Assembly (NCBI GenBank): GCA_003533405.1 | Contig: DQDL01000118.1 | Location: 12,251-51,379 of the forward strand | Origin: Clostridiales bacterium | GTDB taxonomy: Bacteria > Bacillota > Clostridia > Oscillospirales > Oscillospiraceae | Reading direction: 5' to 3' | DNA length: 39,129 bases | Part shown: positions 24,201-32,259 of the stretch, in pieces | Layout of the letters: the number at the start of each line of letters is the position of its first letter | Numbering within the stretch: the first letter of the stretch is position 1 | Position numbers and translations under genes: made by a program | Notes under the pieces: generated by a model | Seen by the model: the letters and a program-made list of their open reading frames with translations, nothing else | Told to the model about the DNA's origin: nothing | The model's database searches: none

Positions 24201-27095
24201 ATGAAGAAAAAGCTATTAGCCCTCGTCCTCGCCGTCATGATGACGGTCGGCTGCTTCGCCGGTCTCGGCGCAGCGGTCGGGCAGGACGCTGATTTTGCCG
24301 CACTGAGTGTGGCAGATCAGTATGCCGCCATTATGGCAGCGGGCAGCGAAGCCGATGCGCAGGCATTGTTTGATACACTCGATGCCGAGCAGCAGGCAGC
24401 TTTGACGGCTTATGCAGACCAGCAGAAGGATACGGACACCGCTAAGGAGACCGACCCCATCCCCGCTGTCAACTACACCAATGTTGCTCCGCTCGTGACC
24501 GCAAATAAGGTGTCGCAGCCTGCAAGGGCACGCCTTATGAGCGCAAGCTCGACGGCACGCCCCATCGAAAAGGGCAAGACCGTCGACGGCCTTGTCATTA
24601 ATAAGACCGCAACGGCAAACGACGACGGCACTTACAACATCAAGCTCGAAGCCTACACCACCGGCTCCGTGAGCACCACCGAATCCACCAAGCCCACGGA
24701 TATCGTTCTCGTCCTCGACCAGTCCGGCTCGATGGATGAGGACATGAAAAGCTACACCTACACTGAGGCGTACCCCGGCAATAACCATAACGGTTCGTAC
24801 TATGTAAAGTCTAGGGACAGCTATGTCAGAGTGTCATGGTGCTCCGATTGCAGAGCATGGACTGACGGCTGCACTGACGGCTGGTTTTGGCAGCACTATT
24901 CCGGCACCAAGTATACGCCGAAAACTTCAGCATCCGACACGGCAAGCGGCCATGTTCAGTTCTATTCCCGTGGCTCTGAAACCAAGGTTAAGCGCCTGAC
25001 GGCACTTAAAAAAGCGGTTACCAGCTTTGCCGATGCCGTTGCCGAAAAGGCAAAGGGAGCTGATGGCGTTCTTGGCACAGATGACGATGTTAACCATCGT
25101 ATCGCTGTTGTAGGATTTGCATCCGGCAACCCGTCGAATAGGCTTTATTACAATTCGGAGATTTTTGTCGGAGCAAATCAGTACCAGTATAATAGACTTA
25201 CTTCGCAGAACTATTTGGATGCAATGCAGAGCATGGACACCAAGACAGGCGTTGATAATATCGGTAAGTCTATTAATGCGCTTGACGCAGAAGGTGCAAC
25301 ATATACCAACCTTGGTATTGAGATGGCAAATGGTATATTTGCAACCAATCCCGTAGAAAACAATTCACGCAACCGTATTGTGGTCGTGTTCACCGACGGT
25401 CAGCCCGGCCGCAGCGGCTATGACTCCAGCATTGCAAATGCTGCCATCAATCAGGCTAACACTACAAAGAACACCTACAATGCAACTGTATACACCGTCG
25501 GTATTTTTGAAAATGCCGATGCAACCTCTGCCGGCAACCAAAACGGTACAAACGCAGAGAAGTCCAATTGGTTTATGCAGAAGCTGTCCAGCAATAACGG
25601 CACTCCTCAGGATCCCAGCTACTATCTGTCTGCTTCCGATTCTGATACCCTCAGCACTATATTCCAGAAGATAAGCAATCAGATCAGCGAAAGCAAGATC
25701 GACCTCGGCAGTCAGACCGTTATCAAGGACACCGTCACGAAGTACTTTGATATGCCGACCGACGCAAGCAAGGTCAGCGTAAAGAGCTACGACTGCACCG
25801 GCGTTGCAGATGGCAAGCCCACATGGAGCGAGACCGGCACCGTTATAAACAATGCCGTTACGCTCGACCCGAAGGATAACTCCGTCAATGTCACGGGCTT
25901 TGACTTTAACGCAAACTATGTCACCGAAAAGGGTCGTGATGAGAACGACCCCAAGAAGGAAGGCGACTTCCACGGCAGAAAGCTCGTTATCGAGTTCACC
26001 GTCACCGCAAAGGACGGCTTTGTCGGCGGCAACAGCGTGCCCACCAACGGTTCGGACTCCGGCGTCTATGACAAGGACGGCAAAGAGGTCGCAACCTTCG
26101 ATGTCCCGCAGGTCAATGTACCCATCGAGCCCGAGCTCACCGTCAACGACAAGGTCATTTACGAGGGCGGCTCTGCCAATGTGAGCGGCCTGTACAATGC
26201 GGCCGACACCTCATCTTGGAAGTATGACTTTGTAAATGTAAGCTATGAGGTCAAAAACGGCAATACCGCAGTCAGCGGCAGCGTCAGCCCCGCAGACTGC
26301 ACCGACTACACCGTGAAGGCCACCTTCAGCCCGAAGTACGACGGCAAGAACGCCGACGGCAAGATCAACGACGATGTTACCGTCGATGGCACCGCCACAG
26401 TCCATGTTCTCAAGCCGACCGTCACCGTGACTGCCAACGATGTTTGGAAGTATTACGGCGAGGACTACAATACGCCCGACGGCAGCACCGTCACGGGCTC
26501 GGTCACTTGGGCAGACGAGCACAGCCATGATGTAAGCGGCATCACCGTTATCGGCTCTGCACCTTACGGCACGGACGATCTTCAGTACAGCTACGACCAC
26601 GGTCAGTTTGTCGTTCCCAATACCGACACGACCATCGCTGTGGTCGCCAAGGTCGGCGGCGTGGAAAAGGCAAGCACGAGCTATGTCGTTCACCCCAAGT
26701 TCTGCACCCTGACCATCAACAAGGAAGTTGCAAAGCTCTACGGCGATAACGACAGCTTTATCTTCAATGTCGTCGGCGAGGGCAACATCAAGTACGAGGC
26801 CAAGGTCGTCATAAACGGCGCAGGCTCCGCAACGCTCACCGGCCTCCCCGTCGGCAGCTACACCGTCACCGAGGACATCGGCTGGTCTTGGAGATACACC
26901 TGCGACAGCAGCACCAAGTCGACCGTCCTGAGCTCCGCTAAGGATAACGACAGCGTGACTATCACCAACAAGCTGGATGACAACAAGTATCTCGGCGACG
27001 AGACCTATGTTATCAACAAGTGCGAAAGCAGGACGATAACGAAGGTAACTTCGACCGTCATCCGGCAGGCCATCGAGTATATACTCGGTAGATAA
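24201..27095 (+). CDS. Large secreted von Willebrand factor A (vWA) domain protein with C-terminal Cna-B/SpaA-like Ig domains; adhesin-like
   Basis: Sec signal peptide. MIDAS DIVLVLDQSGSMDE and VVFTDGQPG. C-terminal LTINKEV...TLTGLPVGSYTVTEDIGWSWRYT is typical of pilin/adhesin stalk domains. No LPXTG-like signal at the C-terminus. Confidence 0.8.
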   Translation: MKKKLLALVLAVMMTVGCFAGLGAAVGQDADFAALSVADQYAAIMAAGSEADAQALFDTLDAEQQAALTAYADQQKDTDTAKETDPIPAVNYTNVAPLVTANKVSQPARARLMSASSTARPIEKGKTVDGLVINKTATANDDGTYNIKLEAYTTGSVSTTESTKPTDIVLVLDQSGSMDEDMKSYTYTEAYPGNNHNGSYYVKSRDSYVRVSWCSDCRAWTDGCTDGWFWQHYSGTKYTPKTSASDTASGHVQFYSRGSETKVKRLTALKKAVTSFADAVAEKAKGADGVLGTDDDVNHRIAVVGFASGNPSNRLYYNSEIFVGANQYQYNRLTSQNYLDAMQSMDTKTGVDNIGKSINALDAEGATYTNLGIEMANGIFATNPVENNSRNRIVVVFTDGQPGRSGYDSSIANAAINQANTTKNTYNATVYTVGIFENADATSAGNQNGTNAEKSNWFMQKLSSNNGTPQDPSYYLSASDSDTLSTIFQKISNQISESKIDLGSQTVIKDTVTKYFDMPTDASKVSVKSYDCTGVADGKPTWSETGTVINNAVTLDPKDNSVNVTGFDFNANYVTEKGRDENDPKKEGDFHGRKLVIEFTVTAKDGFVGGNSVPTNGSDSGVYDKDGKEVATFDVPQVNVPIEPELTVNDKVIYEGGSANVSGLYNAADTSSWKYDFVNVSYEVKNGNTAVSGSVSPADCTDYTVKATFSPKYDGKNADGKINDDVTVDGTATVHVLKPTVTVTANDVWKYYGEDYNTPDGSTVTGSVTWADEHSHDVSGITVIGSAPYGTDDLQYSYDHGQFVVPNTDTTIAVVAKVGGVEKASTSYVVHPKFCTLTINKEVAKLYGDNDSFIFNVVGEGNIKYEAKVVINGAGSATLTGLPVGSYTVTEDIGWSWRYTCDSSTKSTVLSSAKDNDSVTITNKLDDNKYLGDETYVINKCESRTITKVTSTVIRQAIEYILGR

Positions 27096-27109
27096 GGAGG
27101 GGCTGTAAT

Positions 27110-27664
27110 ATGAAATTATTTTCTTCACGCAGCTCCCACGCTGCAAATAACGGCGGCGCAAAGAAGCTGTCCGCCGCAGCAATTGCAATTATCCTCGTGG
27201 TCGTCATGGCGATAGGCGGCACGGTCGCTCTCCTCATGGACAGCACCGACAGCGTCACCAATAAGTTCGCCCCCGCTTCCTCAGGCATCACCATCGAGGA
27301 GGAGGTCAAGGAGAACTGCAAGACCGAGATCGCAGTCAAAAACACCGGCGATACCGGCGTGTATGTCCGTGTGTCGCTCGTTGCCAACTACTACGACGAA
27401 AACGGCAATATCACCGGCGGCGCTGCGGTCCCCGACTTTACGCTCAACTCCGATAAGTGGTTTGTGGGCAACGATGGCTACTATTACTACAAGCAGCCCG
27501 TTGCGGCAGGCGATGTGACCGACAACCTGCTCATCGGCAAGATGCAGCTTGAGGACAATATGCAGGTCACAGTGCTTGCACAGAGCATACAGGCAAGCCC
27601 CACGAGCGTGGTTCACGACAAATGGGGCGTGACCGTCAATTCCGACGGAACGCTTGCGAAGTAA
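27110..27664 (+). CDS. TasA/CalY-like protein with SipW-type signal peptide (minor subunit candidate)
   Basis: AAGGAGG RBS. ...IAIILVVVMAIGGTVALLMDSTDSVTNKFAPASSGITIEE, then VKNTGDTGVYVRVSL, the same blocks as the other two TasA-like genes. Confidence 0.65.
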   Translation: MKLFSSRSSHAANNGGAKKLSAAAIAIILVVVMAIGGTVALLMDSTDSVTNKFAPASSGITIEEEVKENCKTEIAVKNTGDTGVYVRVSLVANYYDENGNITGGAAVPDFTLNSDKWFVGNDGYYYYKQPVAAGDVTDNLLIGKMQLEDNMQVTVLAQSIQASPTSVVHDKWGVTVNSDGTLAK

Positions 27665-27674
27665 GGAGGCTTGA

Positions 27675-28319
27675 ATGATGAAAAAAAGATTTTTAGCTAT
27701 CCTTATGGTTCTGGCGCTGTGCCTGAGCATCGCTCCGGCAGCGTTTGCAGACGCTTCCGTGAGCTACAAGGGCAGTGCGGAGAAATTCGTGTTTGCCCCC
27801 GGCAGCGAGTATTCGCCGACCGACATGTTTGAGAGCTTCAAGGGCGTTATGCCCGGCGATACCCTCACTCAGCAGATCGAGGTCAGAAACGATGTAAAAA
27901 ATGATGTCAAAATCAAGCTTTACATGCGTTCGCTCGGCGCAAACGAGGGCTCGGAGGAGTTCCTCAAGCAGATGACGCTCGGCGTCAAGGCTGCCGACGG
28001 CAGCGAGCTGTTCGCAGCTCCCGCCGATGAGACCGCCCAGCTTACCGATTGGGTGTGCCTCGGCACCTTCTATTCCGGCGCAAAGACCACCCTCGATGTG
28101 ACGCTCAATGTTCCTGTCGAGATGGGCAACGACTTTGCCGAGCAGGTCGGCAGCCTTGACTGGGAATTTGCAGTCGAGGAGCTGCCCGTTGAGCCTACCG
28201 ATCCGGTCGGCCCCAAGACCGGCGACGACACCCCCGTTGCACTGTACGCAGCCATCTGCGCAGTATGTGCCGGTGCGGTAGTGTTCCTGATCGCAACAAG
28301 GAAAAAGAAAGAGCAGTAA
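27675..28319 (+). CDS. Cell-wall-sorted TasA-fold-like protein (Sec signal peptide, GPKTG sorting signal)
   Basis: Signal peptide ...[25 protein letters not shown] parallels GVMPGDVVSKIVEVKNTG of the 23616 gene. C-terminus [38 protein letters not shown] is motif plus TM plus basic tail. Confidence 0.7.
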   Translation: MMKKRFLAILMVLALCLSIAPAAFADASVSYKGSAEKFVFAPGSEYSPTDMFESFKGVMPGDTLTQQIEVRNDVKNDVKIKLYMRSLGANEGSEEFLKQMTLGVKAADGSELFAAPADETAQLTDWVCLGTFYSGAKTTLDVTLNVPVEMGNDFAEQVGSLDWEFAVEELPVEPTDPVGPKTGDDTPVALYAAICAVCAGAVVFLIATRKKKEQ

Positions 28320-28330
28320 ACCGATAAAGC

Positions 28331-28367
28331 AAAACTGGCACCGTTAAAAGCGGTGTCAGTTTTCTTT
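28331..28367 (+). terminator. Rho-independent terminator of the sipW operon
   Basis: aaaactggcaccg-ttaaaag-cggtgtcagtttt followed by cTTTT. Confidence 0.7.
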
Positions 28368-28539
28368 TAAGCAGCTGCTTGGCAACAGATTGTAAAACAA
28401 TTAGATAAAATTCATGCAAAATTCGCAAATGCTTACAATATTTTCACAGTTTGCGCCTTCCATTTTGCCGAAATAACACTTATAATATCCTCAGAAGTAT
28501 AACCAACACACGAAAGATAAATGATAAGGAGAATGTGCT

Positions 28540-28764
28540 ATGTATTTCGACCAGATGTTCTACAACCAGCAGTATGTAAACCCAAATTATTACGCTCAGC
28601 AGAGGGAACATATCCGCCAATTACAGCAGACATTGAATGTGCAGAAAGCAGAAAAAGCTACCCGTGATTTATGCGAAGCAGTTAGAAACTTAGACGAGTA
28701 CCATCAGCAGCAAGCGTTCCTAGCGTGCCTTGGTGTTATAGCGCTAGAGTTCGGGTGGAACTAA
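28540..28764 (+). CDS. Hypothetical 74-aa protein (Q/Y/N-rich N-terminus) in an AT-rich insert
   Basis: AAGGAGA RBS 7 nt upstream. Low-GC codon usage, unlike the flanking genes. No recognisable motif. Confidence 0.45.
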   Translation: MYFDQMFYNQQYVNPNYYAQQREHIRQLQQTLNVQKAEKATRDLCEAVRNLDEYHQQQAFLACLGVIALEFGWN

Positions 28765-28837
28765 AGTTCTTTGAACCAGAGATATAAAATGCATGAGCTA
28801 AGGATATGTATGTGTTGCATATAAAGGATGTGAAGAA

Positions 28838-29764
28838 TTGGTGAGTGATAATAGTGTTGGCTCAATGAAGGATTTCCTTTTTAGATACAGAGCGTTTAAA
28901 CCATATAATATACAAGCTCTTGCTGAGGGAAAGCTGTTCTTTTCAACACCAAGCGAGTTCAATGATCCGTTTGATTCTGTGGTGTATGTAGATCAGCAAA
29001 AACTGTATGGTTCAATTGAATATGCGTTGAGGGCTAATTTAGATAGTTATTTAGATATTAAGCATATTAATCCAAAAGGTAAAGCACTAAAAAAGGTTCT
29101 AGCTCTCAGTGATAAAAGCGTTTTTGATTTACCGCAGAGCTCAGAATTGATACAGGGGTTTATGGAACATGTGCATAATACTTCAAATAAATTCAAGCAA
29201 CAAATCAACGCTAACTCAAAAGTAGTATGTTTTTCAGAAGATTATTTATCCCCACTTATGTGGGCTCACTACGCAGATGATCATAAGGGGTTTGCCCTTG
29301 GATATGCAAAATCCAATTTATTAACTGCACCGATTTACAACGAAATTGGTGAGAAAATAGGGAACAAGATGATATTGGACAGAGTGAATTACGCAAAAAC
29401 TACTCCTGATAGTGGACAGTTGTTTTATGATATTTTCCCTGAAATTATGAAGGAGAAAGCAATTCACGATACATCAAAATTTTATAAGCAGGTTCTATAT
29501 AATAAAACGAGTGAATGGTGTTATGAAAAAGAATGGAGATTGTGTTCAGTACAGGATACGCTTGAAACAAATAATCCAGCGAGGTATATGCTTGTTGAGC
29601 CTTGTATGATGTTTCTTGGAGCAAAAATGCCAAGTCAAAACCGGGAGACGATGGTGAAAATTGCAAGAGAAAAAGAAATGCCCGTTTTTGAAGTATGGGC
29701 AAATGACAAAGAGGCTGAGTTCAAGCTAAATTTCTGCCTTATCTATCCAAAACAATATGACTAG
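28838..29764 (+). CDS. DUF2971-like protein
   Basis: LFRYRAF...LAEGKLFFSTPSEFNDPFDS and MWAHYADDHKGFALGY resemble the DUF2971 signature (F-x-N-D-P-x-E/D; W-x-x-Y-A). The track start is TTG 28838; GTG 28841 or ATG 28865 are alternatives. About 38% GC by eye. Confidence 0.55.
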   Translation: MVSDNSVGSMKDFLFRYRAFKPYNIQALAEGKLFFSTPSEFNDPFDSVVYVDQQKLYGSIEYALRANLDSYLDIKHINPKGKALKKVLALSDKSVFDLPQSSELIQGFMEHVHNTSNKFKQQINANSKVVCFSEDYLSPLMWAHYADDHKGFALGYAKSNLLTAPIYNEIGEKIGNKMILDRVNYAKTTPDSGQLFYDIFPEIMKEKAIHDTSKFYKQVLYNKTSEWCYEKEWRLCSVQDTLETNNPARYMLVEPCMMFLGAKMPSQNRETMVKIAREKEMPVFEVWANDKEAEFKLNFCLIYPKQYD

Positions 29765-29805
29765 CCTCCACCGAAGACTACAATGCAGATAGTGAAAAGC
29801 TTTAC

Positions 29806-29835
29806 AAAAACCCGTTGCAATGCAGCGGGTTTTTG
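29806..29835 (+). terminator. Rho-independent terminator after the DUF2971 gene
   Basis: aaaaacccgttgca-a-tgcagcgggttttt. Confidence 0.65.
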
Positions 29836-29875
29836 TATTATACTGAGTGCATCAAGTTTCAGAGGGCGAAGAAAA

Positions 29876-30598
29876 ATGCGGAAGGTTATCAGAACGATCG
29901 TGCTCGTTGTGTGCATTGCGGCGTTTTGCATTGCGGCATACAAGCTGTATGACTACTATTCGGAAATGAAAAAGGGCGAGGAAACGGTCGATAAGCTCAA
30001 GGATATAGGTGTGACCGAGATTGAGCAGGGCGAAAAAGCGCCGATAAGCGTCGATTTTGCGGCGCTGCAGGCGGAAAATCCCGACATCATTGCATGGCTG
30101 TATAGCGAAGGCACGCCGATAAACTACCCCGTTGTGCAGTCCGATGACAACCAGTATTACCTGCGCAGACTCACCGACGGCAGCTACAACACTAACGGCA
30201 CACTGTTCATGGACTTCCGTGATGCCGCCGACCTCAGCGGCTTCAACACCGTCATTTACGGCCACCGCATGAAGTCAAAGGCCATGTTCGGCACGCTGCC
30301 GAGCTACCTCGAGCAGGATTATTACAATGAGCATCCGGTGATGTACCTGCTCACGCCCGAGAAAAGCTACAGGCTCGATATCGTGTCAAGCTTCCTGTTG
30401 CGCTCGGACTCGGATATCTACGCTCCGATAAATACAAGCGAGGCGAAAAAGGCATTTTTGGACAAGATAACGACGCAATCGGCATTCAAAACGAATGTCG
30501 AGTTCGGAATCGACGACCGCTTTGTGCTGCTGTCGACCTGCTCATACGATTTTGAAAATGCCCGCCAGTTGGTCATTGCAAAGCTCACCGAGCTATAA
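29876..30598 (+). CDS. srtB: Class B sortase
   Basis: ATG at 29876 after GAGGG (the track ORF 29783 runs through the upstream terminator). N-terminal TM. IAWLYSEGTPINYPVVQSDDNQYYLRR, VIYGHRM (His), LLSTCSY (Cys), RQLVIAKL (Arg): SrtB-type blocks. Confidence 0.85.
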   Translation: MRKVIRTIVLVVCIAAFCIAAYKLYDYYSEMKKGEETVDKLKDIGVTEIEQGEKAPISVDFAALQAENPDIIAWLYSEGTPINYPVVQSDDNQYYLRRLTDGSYNTNGTLFMDFRDAADLSGFNTVIYGHRMKSKAMFGTLPSYLEQDYYNEHPVMYLLTPEKSYRLDIVSSFLLRSDSDIYAPINTSEAKKAFLDKITTQSAFKTNVEFGIDDRFVLLSTCSYDFENARQLVIAKLTEL

Positions 30599-30630
30599 AA
30601 AAATCCCCGATTTAAATCGGGGATTTTTTG
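30597..30630. terminator. Bidirectional terminator between srtB and the aro operon
   Basis: aaaaaaatccccgattt/aaatcggggatttttt, a perfect palindrome with A and T flanks. Confidence 0.8.
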
Positions 30631-30637
30631 CGCCTGT

Positions 30638-31822
30638 TTATAGTCCATATTCCTCGGCAAGTGCCTTGAATGCGGGGAGCGAGCGCTTGATGCGGTCAAA
30701 CGGCACGCAGTAGGCAAGGCGGACATAGCCGGGGCAGCCGAAGGCATCGCCCGGGACAACGAGAATGTCCTTTTCCATCGCCTTGCGGCAGAATGCCTGC
30801 GAGTCGCCGCCCGGAGCCTTGATGAACAGATAAAATGCGCCGTCGGGCTTGACGCAGTTAAAGCCCATGTCGCTGAGCGCCGAGTAGGCAAGCTGACGAT
30901 TATCGTCATATTTCGAGATATCCGCCGTCACACCGAGACACTCGGCAGCTGCCTGCTGGAACATCGTCGATACGCAGACATAGCCCAGCGCCCTGCCTGC
31001 ACCGCACACCGCTGCCCAAGCGTTGTCGTGCTCGGTCATCTTTGGCGAGAGTGCGAGAAAACCTATGCGCTCACCGGGGAGCGAGAGCGACTTGCTGAAC
31101 GAATAGCAATACACGGTGTTGTCGTAGTACGCCGGAATGAACGGCACCTCGACATCGCCGTAGACCAGCTCACGGTACGGCTCGTCGGCGACAATGTAGA
31201 TGGGGTGACCGTACTCGGCAGCCTTCTTATTAAGCAGCTCGGCTATAGCCTTCACACTGTCGGGAGAGAGCACGGCGCCGGAGGGGTTGTTCGGCGAATT
31301 TATGATGATTACGCTCGTTTTCGGGGTGAGCTTTGCCTCCAATGCGGCAAGATCGACCTGAAAATCCTCGTCGCAGGGCACTTCGATAAGCGTGCCGCCG
31401 GCCTGCTCGACATAGATCTTGTACTCGGGAAAGTACGGTGCGAGCACGAGTGCTTCCTCACCCTCGGACATGAGAGCGGCAAGGATGATAGCCAGCGCCG
31501 ACGATGCGCCGTGGGTCATGTAAATGTCGTTGGGGGAATACTGAACGCCGAAGGTCTCGGTCAGATACTTTGCGACCGCCGCTCTGACGCTCTCAAGCCC
31601 TGCCGCCGGAGCGTAGGTGTGAAGCTCAATGGGGGAGACAGTCTTCATGAGCCTGTCGAGAACATCAAAAAACTTTTTGGGCGGCTCGATACTCGGGCTG
31701 CCGATGGTAAAATCATAGACATTTTCGGGACCGACGACCTTTGCACGCTCAGCGCCGTAGGCCGCAAGCTCACGGATGACAGCGCCGGAGCTGCCCCAAG
31801 TGATATACTTTTTCGGTATCAT
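30638..31822 (-). CDS. Class I PLP-dependent aminotransferase (probable aromatic/aspartate aminotransferase)
   Basis: 394 aa. NPSG, DEPY and SFSKSLSLPGERIG (PLP-Lys) motifs. Last gene of the aromatic operon; 4-nt overlap with aroQ. Confidence 0.8.
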   Translation of the reverse strand: MIPKKYITWGSSGAVIRELAAYGAERAKVVGPENVYDFTIGSPSIEPPKKFFDVLDRLMKTVSPIELHTYAPAAGLESVRAAVAKYLTETFGVQYSPNDIYMTHGASSALAIILAALMSEGEEALVLAPYFPEYKIYVEQAGGTLIEVPCDEDFQVDLAALEAKLTPKTSVIIINSPNNPSGAVLSPDSVKAIAELLNKKAAEYGHPIYIVADEPYRELVYGDVEVPFIPAYYDNTVYCYSFSKSLSLPGERIGFLALSPKMTEHDNAWAAVCGAGRALGYVCVSTMFQQAAAECLGVTADISKYDDNRQLAYSALSDMGFNCVKPDGAFYLFIKAPGGDSQAFCRKAMEKDILVVPGDAFGCPGYVRLAYCVPFDRIKRSLPAFKALAEEYGL

Positions 31823-32259
31823 GCTTTTCCCTCCAAATAGTTTTTAAGATAGTTTATCGCCTGCCTGTAGCCCTCGAAGCCGAGCCCCATGTAGGTCTTG
31901 ATGCAGGCCATGCCCGCATACGACACCTGTCGGAACGCCTCACGCTGACTGACATCCGACAGATGCACCTCGACGGCGGGTATCGCCACCGCCTTGAGCG
32001 CATCCAAAATGGCGACGCTCGTGTGGGTGTAGGCTGCTGGGTTAATTACGATGCCGTCGATATTGCCGAAGGCGGCTTGGATGCGGTCGACTATGCTGCC
32101 CTCGTGGTTTGACTGGAAAATTTCACACTCCACACCGGCATCACGGCATGCGTCCGAAACGAACTTCTCAAGATCCGAGTAGGTCTGCCTGCCGTAGATA
32201 TCCGGCTCCCTTATACCGAGCATGTTGAGGTTCGGGCCGTTGATAACTAAAAACTTCAT
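31819..32259 (-). CDS. aroQ: Type II 3-dehydroquinate dehydratase
   Basis: 146 aa. MKFLVINGPNLNMLGIREPDIYG, FQSNHEG and INPAAYTHTSVA are signature blocks. Confidence 0.92.
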   Translation of the reverse strand: MKFLVINGPNLNMLGIREPDIYGRQTYSDLEKFVSDACRDAGVECEIFQSNHEGSIVDRIQAAFGNIDGIVINPAAYTHTSVAILDALKAVAIPAVEVHLSDVSQREAFRQVSYAGMACIKTYMGLGFEGYRQAINYLKNYLEGKA

